From a virus (taxonomy: Duplodnaviria; Caudoviricetes): a DNA stretch of 64,000 bases. The DNA is taken from positions 2,563 to 66,562 of IMG/VR virus record IMGVR_UViG_2585427527_000003; one strand, 5' to 3'. Below are positions 35,321-46,300 of this stretch, piece after piece. Numbering within the stretch: position 1 is the first letter of the stretch; each line of letters starts with the position of its first letter. The position numbers and the translations under genes were made by a program. A model generated the notes under the pieces. It made no database searches. It was given only the letters and a program-made list of their open reading frames with translations, and was not told where the DNA came from.

Positions 35321-36546
35321 TGGTATTCTGGGATCGATGGAAGCGTAAGGGGCTGACTGCCAGAGATCCAGACCTCTATACCCTCCTGGGCGGATCTGAG
35401 ACGTGGGCTGGTGAGCGGGTCAGCACCGAAGGCGCCTTAAACCTGTCGGCGTTTTGGGCTGCGGCAAGAATTACCGCCCAAACAGTTGCCAGCCTTTCCT
35501 TTGATGTCATGGAGAAGGGCGCCGATGGGGTCAAGGTCAGAGCGCCAGACCATTGGCTGCAGCCTATCATCGACAGCAGTCCGAACGCCGATCAAACCGC
35601 AATCGAATTTTGGGAAGGTCGAGTGCTTGGCCTTTGCACGTCGGGGAATGCTTTTGCAGAGAAAGCCTTTCTCGGGAGCAAGCTAACCGCTCTCAATCGC
35701 ATGCCCGCCGATACTGACGTATCGCGAAACAGCGACGGAGCTTTGCAGTACCGCTTCTCCGATCGCGGAAAAGACGTCGTACTGCCGGAAGAGAAGGTAT
35801 TTCACGTTAAGGCCTTCGGTGACGGTGATGTCGGCTTGTCCCCCGTCTCTTACGCGCGCCAGACGCTCAGCTTGACGACCGCCACCGAAAAAGCGGCTGG
35901 ACATGCCTATTCGAAGGGCTTGCGGTCGAAGGGCTTCTTCGTGATGCCGTCAGGGTCGAAAGCGCTGACGAAAGAGCAGAGAGACGACGCGAAAAAGAAC
36001 CTGATCGACGCAAATTCCGGCTCCAATGCACCTTGGGCCGGCCTGCTTGAGGGCGGCGTCGACTTTAAAACTGTCAGCTTGTCGATGCGCGATGCGGAGA
36101 TGATCCTCAATCGCCGCTTCAATGTCGAGGAAGTATGCCGCTGGCTCGGGGTTCCGCCGATCATCATCGGGCATTCGTCCGATGGTCAGACAATGTGGGG
36201 AACCGGCGTTGCCTCGATCATGCAAGCCTGGCTGACCTTCGGTCTGCGCTCCTACATCAAGCGAATCGAGCAGGCCATCGAAAAGCGCCTGCTGACGCCG
36301 GTCGATCGCCTGCGTTACTCGATCAAGATCAATTACGAGGATCTTCTGCGCGGTGACAGTGCGGCGCGCGCCGCCTTCTACAAGATCCTGCTCGACGCCG
36401 GAGTGATGACGATTAACGAGGTCCGCAAGATCGAGGGGCTTCCTCCCGTTCCCGGCGGCGACATCCCGCGTATCCAGACCCAAAACCAGCCGATTTCCGA
36501 CGCCACAGGCCACAATGGCGGCCCACCGATTGGAGCAAACGAATGA
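35320..36546 (+). CDS. Portal protein (HK97 family)
   Basis: GNAFA, VFHVK, GLSPV, FNVEEVCRWLGVPP, LLRGD, MTINEVR. Confidence 0.95.
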   Translation: MVFWDRWKRKGLTARDPDLYTLLGGSETWAGERVSTEGALNLSAFWAAARITAQTVASLSFDVMEKGADGVKVRAPDHWLQPIIDSSPNADQTAIEFWEGRVLGLCTSGNAFAEKAFLGSKLTALNRMPADTDVSRNSDGALQYRFSDRGKDVVLPEEKVFHVKAFGDGDVGLSPVSYARQTLSLTTATEKAAGHAYSKGLRSKGFFVMPSGSKALTKEQRDDAKKNLIDANSGSNAPWAGLLEGGVDFKTVSLSMRDAEMILNRRFNVEEVCRWLGVPPIIIGHSSDGQTMWGTGVASIMQAWLTFGLRSYIKRIEQAIEKRLLTPVDRLRYSIKINYEDLLRGDSAARAAFYKILLDAGVMTINEVRKIEGLPPVPGGDIPRIQTQNQPISDATGHNGGPPIGANE

Positions 36547-37412
36547 CATTGAGAAATCTTCCGGAGCTGGCGAGTCCCGCCCTATCGAACTGCTCTTTCG
36601 TGCTGTCAGATCGTGCCGTGAAGTCTTGGAGCCGGATCGAGGCGCCAACATCGGCCGCCGCAGATGGGTCCGAGACGATCAGTGTTCTCGATGTCATCGG
36701 CTATGATTGGTGGACGGATGGCGGCGTGACGGCAAAGGGTGTCGCTGCTGCGCTCCGCAACATCGGCCCGAAGCCCGTCACGGTGCAGATCAATTCGCCC
36801 GGTGGCGATTTCTTCGAGGGCGTTACCATCTACAACATGCTGCGCGCCCATCCCGCGAAAGTAACGGTGCAGATTCTCGGCATTGCGGCGTCTGCCGCCT
36901 CGGTGATCGCGATGGCCGGTGACGAAATCCAGATCGCCAAACTTGGCTTCATGATGATCCACAATACGCAATGGATCGCCAGCGGTGACCGTCACGCCAT
37001 GCAGGAAACGCATGACATCATGGCAGTGTTCGACGCGGCCGTAGCTGACATGTTTGCCGAGCGCACAGGTGTCGACGCAGGAGCCATCGCAGGGATGCTC
37101 GACGCGGAAACTTGGATGGCCGGACAAGCGGTCGTCGACAAGGGCTTTGCAGATGTAGCGACAGAGTTTCAGACCAGCGAACTGTCTGGCGCGCAAAATG
37201 CTGCGCCGGCGCTGTATCGACTGGAAGCCGCATTGACCTCTGGCCGTCCCGTTCCGCGCTCGGAACGTCGCCGGCTGCTCAAGGAACTCTCCGAAGGCAT
37301 GCCGGGCGCTGCTTCGGAAGACGCCAAGCCGGGCGCTGGCGACGATGCTGCCGACGACGGCAGTTCATACCTCGGCCTCGCTCTGGCGCGGCTGAAGCTC
37401 GCAAGAGCCTAA
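36543..37412 (+). CDS. ClpP-like head maturation protease
   Basis: INSPGGD, GIAASAASVIAMAGD, MMIHN, ETW. Confidence 0.92.
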   Translation: MTLRNLPELASPALSNCSFVLSDRAVKSWSRIEAPTSAAADGSETISVLDVIGYDWWTDGGVTAKGVAAALRNIGPKPVTVQINSPGGDFFEGVTIYNMLRAHPAKVTVQILGIAASAASVIAMAGDEIQIAKLGFMMIHNTQWIASGDRHAMQETHDIMAVFDAAVADMFAERTGVDAGAIAGMLDAETWMAGQAVVDKGFADVATEFQTSELSGAQNAAPALYRLEAALTSGRPVPRSERRRLLKELSEGMPGAASEDAKPGAGDDAADDGSSYLGLALARLKLARA

Positions 37413-37436
37413 CCCTCTCAAAATCAGGAGCCTAAC

Positions 37437-38636
37437 ATGGCAGACGATACGAAGGACCTGCTCAAGCAGGTCTCGAACGAACTCGTGCGCGTCAGCGACG
37501 AATTCACGAAAAAGGCCGAAGAGGCCATGCGCGAAGTCCGCAACGCCGGCAAGCTGTCCGACGAGACGAAAGCAGTCGTCGACGAAATGGCCGTCAAGCA
37601 GACCGCGCTGAATGGCACTGTCGAAGAGCTGAAAGCCCGCCTCGGCGAAGTCGAGCAGAAGTCGGTTCGCCGCACTGGTGGCGACGAAACAGCAGCGCGG
37701 TCAGTTGGCCAGCAGCTTGTTGCCGACGCCAAGCTGAAGGATTTCGCCAAGAGCGTTCAGGCCGGCCAGCGCATCAGCGTTCCGGTCAAGAATGCGACGA
37801 CCAGCCCCGACATTGCGCCCGGCGTTGTCGAGCCGCAGAGGCTGCCCGGCATTGATGTCATGCCGAAGCAGCGTCTGTTCATCCGTGACCTGATTTCGCC
37901 CGGCACGACCACGTCGCCTGCGATCTTCTGGGTTCAGCAAACCGGATTCGTCAACAACGCCGCTGCTGTGGCGGAAAATACGAAAAAGCCGGAATCGTCG
38001 ATCAGCTTTGACACCAAGATCACGCCGGTTGCCACGATCGCGCATCTGTTCAAGGCTTCCAAGCAGATCCTCGACGACTTTGCGCAGCTTGCCTCGACCG
38101 TTGATGCCGAGCTTCGCTACGGCCTGAAATACGCGGAAGAGCGCGAATTGCTGTTCGGCTCGGGTGTCGGCGTCCATCTTGAGGGCATCGTGCCGCAGGC
38201 TCAAGCCTATGCACCGGCATTCACCGTCGACATGCAGACGCCCATCGACGACTTGCGCCTTGCAATGCTGCAGACGCAGCTCGCCCGCTTACCGGCATCC
38301 GGCTTCGTTCTTCACTTCATCGATTGGGCGAAGATCGAGCTTACCAAGGATGCGAACGGTCAGTACATCCTTGCCAATCCGCTGCGCCTTGCTTCGCCGA
38401 CCCTTTGGGGCCTTCCGGTCGTCGCAACCGACGTTCCGGAATTCCAGGGCGAATTCCTGACCGGTGCCTTCCAGGCCGGCGCGCAGCTGTTCGATCGGGA
38501 AGATGCCAACGTCGTCATCTCCACCGAGAATAACGATGACTTTGAGAAGAACATGGTCACCGTTCGCTGCGAAGAGCGCCTTGCTCTCGCCCTCAAGCGT
38601 CCGGAAGCCTTTGTGACCGGGCCTTTCAGCTACTGA
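37437..38636 (+). CDS. Major capsid protein (HK97 fold)
   Basis: Coiled delta domain, TIAHLFKASKQILDD, LWGLPVV, FEKNMVTVRCEERLAL..RPEAF. Confidence 0.95.
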   Translation: MADDTKDLLKQVSNELVRVSDEFTKKAEEAMREVRNAGKLSDETKAVVDEMAVKQTALNGTVEELKARLGEVEQKSVRRTGGDETAARSVGQQLVADAKLKDFAKSVQAGQRISVPVKNATTSPDIAPGVVEPQRLPGIDVMPKQRLFIRDLISPGTTTSPAIFWVQQTGFVNNAAAVAENTKKPESSISFDTKITPVATIAHLFKASKQILDDFAQLASTVDAELRYGLKYAEERELLFGSGVGVHLEGIVPQAQAYAPAFTVDMQTPIDDLRLAMLQTQLARLPASGFVLHFIDWAKIELTKDANGQYILANPLRLASPTLWGLPVVATDVPEFQGEFLTGAFQAGAQLFDREDANVVISTENNDDFEKNMVTVRCEERLALALKRPEAFVTGPFSY

Positions 38637-38694
38637 TCAGAACCTCAAGCCCGCCGGCCGCGCCGAGTGCTGCGGCTGGCTTTGGGAGACCACC

Positions 38695-38928
38695 ATGCGC
38701 ATCCGTACCCTTAAGAACTTCCTTCATGATCGCAACTACCGTCGTGGCGAAGAACTCGACGTGACAGGCGCTCTCGCGCGTCAGCTTACTCAAAAAGGTC
38801 TGGCTGTTGTCCTGACTGATGAGGTGGCGGACGCCACGGACGAGGGCAAATCCGACGGCGATTCAAAGTCCAGCGAAAAGGGATCTGCCGAGGGCGAGAA
38901 GCCGGGCAAGTCCGAAAAAGCCAAGTAG
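38695..38928 (+). CDS. Small head-associated protein
   Basis: GEELDV..ARQL..KGLA, charged tail; follows capsid gene. Confidence 0.6.
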   Translation: MRIRTLKNFLHDRNYRRGEELDVTGALARQLTQKGLAVVLTDEVADATDEGKSDGDSKSSEKGSAEGEKPGKSEKAK

Positions 38929-38965
38929 CCAAACTAGCGCGGAAGCGCTTCCAAAGGAGACTTCA

Positions 38966-39337
38966 ATGAGACGCATAAAGCTTGTGGTCACGACGGCAGC
39001 AGATGGCACCGCGACGGCCTTCATGACGCGCACGTCAGGCAAGATTTGCAGCATCCATTACATCAAGGATGCTCAGACGGCGTTTGCCGATGGTGTCGAC
39101 TTTACCGTGACAGCCGAAGAGACCGGCGAAACGATCTGGAATGAAGCCAATGTGAACGCATCGGCAGCCAGATATCCCCGTATTCCTGTGCAAACGCCGC
39201 AGGGCGCCGCCGTTCTCTTTGCTGCGGGCGGCACGGCCGTCACGGACAAGATCGCCATTTCCAACGATCGACTGAAATTCGTCATCGCTCAAGGCGGAAA
39301 CGCCAAGCGCGGCACCTTCTACGCTGTGGTGGAATAG
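38966..39337 (+). CDS. Putative virion (decoration-like) protein
   Basis: AAGGAG RBS; beta-rich; in head module. Confidence 0.6.
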   Translation: MRRIKLVVTTAADGTATAFMTRTSGKICSIHYIKDAQTAFADGVDFTVTAEETGETIWNEANVNASAARYPRIPVQTPQGAAVLFAAGGTAVTDKIAISNDRLKFVIAQGGNAKRGTFYAVVE

Positions 39338-39344
39338 GTCTCAC

Positions 39345-39971
39345 ATGAGCACGCGCGTCCTGTCTCCGCCGGAACCCATCTTGCTTCCCTCTGACATTCC
39401 AGGCGGCCACGCGGGGGATGATCCGATGGTCGCGGCAATGATCGCGGCCGTGACGGCGGAGATAGACGGCCCTGAAGGATGGCTTGGCCGGTGCATCGGC
39501 CCGCAAACAATTGAATTGCGGGTTTCCGGATGGGCTGATTTGTGCCTCGGCATTCCTTATCCGCCATTGATCGGCGTCGACAGCATTTCTTACGTCGACG
39601 AAAACGGCACTGATGTCGAAGTCGATCAAGATCTGTGGAATACCAGCGGCAAATTTATCTGGTTCAGGTCGGGTTGGTCATTCCCCTGCCTTGCCTGCGT
39701 TCCGGAGCCGGTGAAGGTCATATTTCGCGCCGGCTACAATGATCAGCCCTTAACGGAAGATGGCGGGACCGGGCCTGTCCCTGCGCAGGTCAAGCAGGCC
39801 GTCATCCTCTCCGTTCAGTACCTGAAGACGCTCGGAAAAGATGACCTATTCATGCGCGTTGATGAGGTCGAAGGCGTTGGCCGTCAGGAATTCACTGTCT
39901 CAGAGCAGGCCGGCAACATCATTCGCTCGACGACCGATCGCCTTCTTGCCGGACTGAGGAAGTTCGCATGA
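39345..39971 (+). CDS. Head-tail connector protein
   Basis: GWLGRCIGPQT, VDSISYVD, FRAGY, VPAQVKQAV. Confidence 0.8.
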   Translation: MSTRVLSPPEPILLPSDIPGGHAGDDPMVAAMIAAVTAEIDGPEGWLGRCIGPQTIELRVSGWADLCLGIPYPPLIGVDSISYVDENGTDVEVDQDLWNTSGKFIWFRSGWSFPCLACVPEPVKVIFRAGYNDQPLTEDGGTGPVPAQVKQAVILSVQYLKTLGKDDLFMRVDEVEGVGRQEFTVSEQAGNIIRSTTDRLLAGLRKFA

Positions 39972-40312
39972 CGCCTACAGAAGCAATCGCCTCGCTCGAT
40001 TCCGCTCTGGCGGCAAAGGGTGCGCGCATCAGCGTCTATCGCTACATCGGTGCGCCCGGCAAAGATGCTCCGAAAAACGAGGTTGCCGACGTTCCCGCCT
40101 TCGTGCGCGCCGTCAGCGCTGATCAACTCGTCGGCACGATTGACCAGACCGGCCTGAACGTCGTGCTCAGCCCGACTCTGCTCGCCGATCTCCTGCCGCT
40201 CAAGAAGGGCGACAAGCTGCTGATCGACGGCCGCGAGCGCAACATTGAGCTGGTGAAGCCGATCAGCATGCAGACGACGCTGGTCCGCATCAACCTCGTG
40301 GTGATCGGCTGA
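39968..40312 (+). CDS. Head closure/joining protein
   Basis: Synteny; KKGDKLLIDGR. Confidence 0.6.
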   Translation: MTPTEAIASLDSALAAKGARISVYRYIGAPGKDAPKNEVADVPAFVRAVSADQLVGTIDQTGLNVVLSPTLLADLLPLKKGDKLLIDGRERNIELVKPISMQTTLVRINLVVIG

Positions 40313-40998
40313 TGGCCGGTTTCGACGCCTTCGACCGCGAGATCAGGCTTGCCACGGCAGGACTCGAGGCGAAAGACATCAGTGCAGCACTTGCCGCCTT
40401 CGCGCGCCAGCAGCTGGCCGATGCGCTTTCGGCGGGTGCCAGCCCGGTCTATGACCTCTATGTCAACGGCCGGCCGGCACACTCGGAAAACGAAGTGCAG
40501 GCACCTGGCCCGATTGTTTATGAATTCGCCCTTTGGGAGCCGGTCGTCACTTTCGCGCTCGACGAGCTGCGTGCACGATCACCCGCCAAGACCGGTCGCT
40601 TTCGCAGTTCGTTTATCGTCATCGCACAGCAGCGCATCGTGGACGATTACGACGCCATTCCGGCACGCGCCGAAGTGATCATTACGAATTTCCAGCCCTA
40701 CATCCGCAAGATCGAGGGCGGTTTGGGCAACCAGAAGGGCAAGCGCTACCAGGTCTTTGACGGCACAAAGCGCGCGCTGGCTCGACGTTTCGGAAACGAA
40801 GGCCGTAACACACAGGCCGCCTTCAGCTTCGAAACCAAGTGGCTTTCCATCTCTGGCGGCGTCCATCCGGCCATTCCGTACATTCTGAAGGGTCATCAGC
40901 GCCTCGGCAAAGGAGCGAAAGCCTATGGCCGCCGCAAGGATCGCGAAGCCGGCCAGCCCCTGACCTATCCCGCCGTCGTCATGAACATGGTGTTTTGA
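40312..40998 (+). CDS. Neck/tail completion protein
   Basis: SPAKTGRFRSS, N.QPYIRKIE; synteny. Confidence 0.6.
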   Translation: MAGFDAFDREIRLATAGLEAKDISAALAAFARQQLADALSAGASPVYDLYVNGRPAHSENEVQAPGPIVYEFALWEPVVTFALDELRARSPAKTGRFRSSFIVIAQQRIVDDYDAIPARAEVIITNFQPYIRKIEGGLGNQKGKRYQVFDGTKRALARRFGNEGRNTQAAFSFETKWLSISGGVHPAIPYILKGHQRLGKGAKAYGRRKDREAGQPLTYPAVVMNMVF

Positions 40999-41417
40999 TG
41001 CCTTCCGCCTTCGACGAGTTTCACACCTACCTCACGGCCTCATGGGCTGAAACGGATCTCGTTTTCGAGAATGAGGAATACGAGCTGCCCGGCGTGCCGA
41101 CAGAATTCGTCTATGTCGAGTACGTCAGCGATGGCAGCTCGCAAGATACTTTTGGCGATCCCGGCAACAACGAATGGCTTGAGGGTTTCGGCATCTATCT
41201 TCACGTCATGACGCCGAACGGAGCCGGCAGTCAGCGAGCGCGCCAGATCGGCGGCCGTCTCGAATTGTTGTTCCGCGAGCAGCCGCTTGGCGCCATGTGG
41301 TTTCGCTCGTTTTCGATCGGCGCTGGCGAGCCGGGCCGCACCTTCGGCAATTACTTCGCGATGACGGTGGCGATCTCGGGTGACCGGCGCGATCGAACCT
41401 CGCAACTCAATCCGTAA
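40998..41417 (+). CDS. Tail terminator-like protein
   Basis: Position before tail tube; FENE..P, HV.TP.G.G. Confidence 0.65.
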   Translation: MPSAFDEFHTYLTASWAETDLVFENEEYELPGVPTEFVYVEYVSDGSSQDTFGDPGNNEWLEGFGIYLHVMTPNGAGSQRARQIGGRLELLFREQPLGAMWFRSFSIGAGEPGRTFGNYFAMTVAISGDRRDRTSQLNP

Positions 41418-41469
41418 CTGCCTCCCCCAATCAACATAGCCCTTAGCGGGCCAAAACTGGAGAAAAGCT

Positions 41470-42399
41470 ATGTCAACAGCTGATAGCTCGCTGACCCGCC
41501 TTGCCTATGTCATGGAAGATCAGCCAGGCGTGATCCCTGATACGCCGGCTTGGAAAGCGCTGAACTATGTCAGCGAAACGCTCGACGTTCAAAAGCAGAC
41601 CGATACGCCGGAGGAAATCAACGGCACCCGCGATGTCACTGACATTGTCGATCTCGGTCGCTCTGTCACCGGTGGCGTCAACACCTTGCTTCGATACGCC
41701 GCCTATGACGATCTTTTTTCGGCTCTTTTCTGCGCCGAGTGGACCGGCAACGTGCTGAAGAACGGCCGCCTGGTGAAGAGCCTGGCATTCGAAAAGACCT
41801 TCGATTTTGGCGGGTCGTCGGGCTACGCGCGTTATTATGGCTGCCGGATGAACACCCTCGATCTGCAGCTGAATAGCCGCACCTTCGCACAGGCCAATTG
41901 GGGCGTCATGGGTTTGGGTGCTCCCGATCCTGACGATGATATCATCACCGACGCAACCTATGCCGCCGCCTCTACAGCGCCCGTTCTGAATACCGGACTT
42001 AACATCGGCTCGTTGGTCGTGGGCGGCGTCACGGTCCCGCCGAAGATCCAGCAGGCCAACCTGAACATCACGAACAATATCTATGCCAACGATGTTCTCG
42101 GCAAATATGAGCCGGATAGCCATGGCCTCGGAACCTTCACGGTGACGGGAAGTCTGACGGCGCTTTTTGACAGCATTGAGCTGTATCAAAAGGTTCTGCA
42201 GCACGCGGACCTATCGCTGTCCCTCAAGATCGGTGCTGCGGCAAACTCGAATTATGTGTTCTCGCTCGGCAAGATCAAAGCCAGCGGCGGCCCGCAGGTC
42301 GGCGGCAACAATCGCGCCGTTGTCATGCAGATGAACATTTCCGCCAAGATCGATCCGGCAATCTCGGGAACGATGTCGTTGACCAGAGCGGTTGCGTAA
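41470..42399 (+). CDS. Tail tube (major tail) protein
   Basis: 309 aa, RLAYV.E..PGV.P..PAW; precedes chaperones and tape measure. Confidence 0.85.
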   Translation: MSTADSSLTRLAYVMEDQPGVIPDTPAWKALNYVSETLDVQKQTDTPEEINGTRDVTDIVDLGRSVTGGVNTLLRYAAYDDLFSALFCAEWTGNVLKNGRLVKSLAFEKTFDFGGSSGYARYYGCRMNTLDLQLNSRTFAQANWGVMGLGAPDPDDDIITDATYAAASTAPVLNTGLNIGSLVVGGVTVPPKIQQANLNITNNIYANDVLGKYEPDSHGLGTFTVTGSLTALFDSIELYQKVLQHADLSLSLKIGAAANSNYVFSLGKIKASGGPQVGGNNRAVVMQMNISAKIDPAISGTMSLTRAVA

Positions 42400-42453
42400 G
42401 GCGCGAAGCAAAGAGATCCGCACCCGACGCGGTCAATCTTCAGTGCACTGAAC

Positions 42454-42493
42454 GGCCCGGCATTGTCGGGTGCCGGGCCACCCCTTCCGACAA
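42454..42493 (+). promoter_or_regulatory. Hairpin with loop complementary to downstream sequence (H-type pseudoknot) before chaperone RBS
   Basis: ggcccggca-ttgtcggg-tgccgggcc; loop ttgtcgg pairs with ccgacaa 42487-42493. Confidence 0.55.
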
Positions 42494-42505
42494 AGGATTT
42501 CCATC

Positions 42506-42937
42506 ATGGCAACCAAGACTGCAGAACTCGAAAGCTCCACCAAGGTCGTCTCGCTGGCTTCTCTGAAGAGAGACCAGGTGCGCGAGGAAAAGGGCGACTG
42601 GATCGAATCCGATAGCATTCCCGGCGTTTCCTACAACGTCTCGTCGCTGAACAAGACCGCCTTCGTAGATGCGCGCGATCTCATGTATCAGCGTCTGAAT
42701 AAGGTCTATCGCAGAAAGCCGATCCCGCAGGAGGTGTTGCGGGTCGAGCTTGGCAAGCTCTATCACATTCATATCCTGCACGATTGGAAGGGCCTCGATG
42801 TGCCCTACACGCGAGAGCTTGGCCTGACGGTCCTGACGGATGCCAGCTATCGCGCCGTGCTTGCCGATGTCGAAAGCGCCGCCGCGCGTGTCGCTGATAT
42901 CGATATAGAGTTTGTCGAGGCCGCATTGGGAAACTGA
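42506..42937 (+). CDS. Tail assembly chaperone (gpG analog)
   Basis: AAGGA RBS; ILHDWKGL.VPYT; ends in G GGA AAC TGA. Confidence 0.8.
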   Translation: MATKTAELESSTKVVSLASLKRDQVREEKGDWIESDSIPGVSYNVSSLNKTAFVDARDLMYQRLNKVYRRKPIPQEVLRVELGKLYHIHILHDWKGLDVPYTRELGLTVLTDASYRAVLADVESAAARVADIDIEFVEAALGN

Positions 42938-43308
42938 TCAAGGCTTTTCGTGCTCGCGAATTGCGGCAGGGAACGGCTGCGACGGACGCATGGATTGCCG
43001 AGATCGCGGCTGAATACCCCGACGAGGAATGGATAGAAACCGCCCTCGACGAACCTGACGAAGAGGTCGAACTTGAACCGTGGTTCGACCTCTATTTTCG
43101 GGCATGGGACAGCCTTCGTTACGACCGCTTTTTCGGTGCTTTTGGTGGCGAAAGCCCAATCTCCTACCAGGCGCTCAGTCGATATGCTCGCGATCACGAT
43201 ATCGCGGGCGAAAATCACGAAATCTTCGTGACCTTCATGTCGGCGATCGACGCCGAATATCTCTCCATTGCTGCGGAACGCCAAAAGCAGCGGTCGCAAA
43301 ACCGCTGA
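42928..43308 (+). CDS. -1 frameshift extension of tail assembly chaperone (gpGT analog)
   Basis: Slippery GGGAAAC at 42928-42934; -1 frame open to 43308; AWDSLRYDR..PISY..ID..YL motif. Confidence 0.8.
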   Translation, partial: GKLIKAFRARELRQGTAATDAWIAEIAAEYPDEEWIETALDEPDEEVELEPWFDLYFRAWDSLRYDRFFGAFGGESPISYQALSRYARDHDIAGENHEIFVTFMSAIDAEYLSIAAERQKQRSQNR

Positions 43309-43347
43309 GCGCTTCCGCAGCGCCCCCCCTGAAATCTGGATTCTCCC

Positions 43348-46300
43348 ATGGCCGTCGAGCTTCGCAGTCTTCGTATCTCTGCCGATTTCGATGCTGCCGC
43401 GTACGTGCGCGGTGCGCAGCAGAAGGTTGCTGCCGATAAAAGCATGGTCGAATCGAGCAATGAGGCGGCGGCGGCGGCCGTGCGCGTCTCGACGTCAAAT
43501 GATGCCGTTAACATCAAGGTATCGTCGACGGTCAGCGCTCTGGAGCGTTTGAGCCGTCAGTATGTCGACGGGTATGGTGCAGCGCAGAAATTCAATTCGG
43601 AGCTGCTGCGCCTTGCCAAGGCTTCCGATACGGGCACCGTATCCGCTGAGCAGTTGCAGCGGATCTATACCGGCGTCTCGCAGCGCTTCGGTCTTACAGC
43701 AAATAGCGCCGACCTGGCCGCAAGAGGTTTCACCGGACTTGCGACTGCCATTGATACCGTCAATGCGAGCCTGCGCGAGCAGCAGCAGGCGGCCGCTGCA
43801 GCCTCACGCATCGCCGAACTGACCGCCAAGTTTGACCCGGCCTTGGCGTCGGCGGGTCGCCTAAGCGCCGAGCTGAACGATTTGGCGGAAGCTGAGCGCC
43901 TTGGTGTGCAGATTGCCGGTGGTTATGAATCGGCCCTCGATCAGCTTATCAACAAGTTTGACGCCGGCTCTGCAGCGATCCGTCGCCAGAGCGAGGAATA
44001 TGCCGCGCTCGCCAGAGCCGCCCGCCAGGCGGAAGCTGCCGACCGGACGCAAGGCAAGTATAATCAGGTTTTGAGCGTCCGCGATCCGCATGAGTTCAAC
44101 GGCTCGGCTCGACAGTCGGCTTCTGTTTTCAGCGAACAGCTCGATCAGGCCGATGAACAGGCGCGCGCCAATGCTGCTGCAATGCGCCTCGCCGAGCAGG
44201 AGTCGGAGCGTTACGCAAAGGCTGCAAACGATCTGCGCGGGGAGTTGGACCCGGTTTGGGCGGCGCAGCAAAGGCTCAATGATGAGTTGGAGTTGTATAA
44301 TACGCTGGCCGCAAAGGGGCTGATCAGCGCTGAGCAGCTGGGCAAGGCTCAATCCCTGGCGCGTGCCAAGCTAGCTGGAAACTCGAACGTGCCCGGCAAA
44401 GGCATTTCCGATGGAGCACAGCGAGCCAACGTTTCCAATATCGGCTTTCAGCTGCAGGACATCGCCACGACCGGGGCTTTCATGCCGTGGCAGACGGTAG
44501 CCCTGCAGCAAGGTCCGCAGCTCGCCGGGGCATTTGCGGGGCAAAGCGCCGGGCAGGCAGTGAAGTCCGTGGGTGCCGCCCTTGGGGAAGTTTTGAGCTT
44601 GTCTTCTCTTGCTGCGATCGGTTTTGCTGGCGCGGCGGCTGCGGCTATCCATTATTTCAGCACTGCATCGGACAGCGCCAAGACACTTGAGGATGCATTG
44701 AAGGCGCAGAATGATAGCCTTAACATTCTGAAGGACACCTATCATCAGGTCGCTGAAGCCAGCAAGATTTCGCCGAATCTGGGTGGCAACAGCCGCGCGG
44801 ATGCCAGCTTGCGCGTCAACGATGTCGTCGCGCGCGCCGTCGCTCGGCAGGAGGGCAACAAGTACATTGCGCAACTGAGCGGAACAGGTGGGTTCTTCTC
44901 GCCGATTACTGGCGCGGGTACACCGATCTCGGCACTGGAAAACCTGCAAGGCTATCAGAAGCCCTACCAGGGAACGGTCAATGAGTTCCTTAATAGTGTT
45001 CGTGGAGGGGCGCCTGTCGATTTGCAGGGGCTGAACAGGTCGATTGACAGCGCCTATCAATCTGCCGCCAAGGCTCCGGATATTGATGCAGATCAGTGGA
45101 GAAACGCAGCTGATGCTGTCCAGGCGATGGCGCAAAATGCGCTTTCGGCGGATTCCACCATAAAAGTGCTTGGGGCTGACGGGAAGGAAACTTCGCAATC
45201 CTTGAAGCCGTTTCAGGATGCTATTGTCCGTTTGAAGATTGGGATCGCCGACAACAGGGCGGATTTTGCCAAGTTCGCAGAGGACGTCGAAGCGATTGGC
45301 AAGGCGACGGGCCTGACCCGCGTGGCAGACCAAGTCATCGTTCTCGGCAAAGATCTGAACGACTATTACCAGGTCATGCAGCAGGTCAAGACTGCTCAGG
45401 ACAGGTTGTTCAATGATGTCGGGCCTGGTGGCCGCTTGACGTCTCAAGGTCCGACCGATCGCGCCGCTGATGATAGCTATAGCAGGTGGCAGGCAGAGCA
45501 ACAGCAAACCATGCGCCGATCGCAGCGCAGCTTTCTGGCTGATACACTGAGCGTGAACGCGCGTTCACCGCAGCAGCGGCGAACGGCCGCGATGGCACAA
45601 GCTGCGTTGGATGTCGTTCCAGGCGAAGGGGTGCAGGCCAAGAATCAGCGCATCAACATTGCGGGCCAGTCCGCTTACATGGCGGCATATACGCAGCAAA
45701 AGGAGGCGCTGGATGAATTTGCGCGCTCGCTGCAGAAGGCGAACGATGACCAGCAACTGCAGATTTCTCTCATCGGCAAGACCGGTGCCTCTGCGGAACA
45801 GGCTCGCGCGCAATACGAATCGCTGGCGCAACTTCGCTCGATTGCCAACCGGAGCGGGATTACCGACGAGCAGGAGTTTCAGCGCGTCTTTGCCAAGCAG
45901 ATTGATCTGATCCAGTCCGCATCCAATGAATACGGCAAGCTGGCGGAATCCCGCGCTCGCGCTCAACTTTCTGACAATATCAAGTTCCAGCAGGATCAGC
46001 TGGGTCGCTCGCCACAGCAGCGGACGATCGCCGAGCAACAGCGCTCCGCAGGCCTACCGATCGATTTTCTCTCGCCGCAGGCAAAGCAGATCGCGGACCT
46101 CGACGCTGCTCAGCGACAGCGTGAGATGGACAGGCAGCGGGCATCCTATGAGGCGCAACTTGCGACGATCAATGCCCGCACCTCTTCCGAGCGGATAGCG
46201 GCAGCCCGAAAGACAGCTGAAGCTCAAGCTAGTGATAATGACACCGATCCGGAAAAGCAGCAGAAGGCCAACCAGGCCGAGGGCTTGGCGCGCGCTCAGG

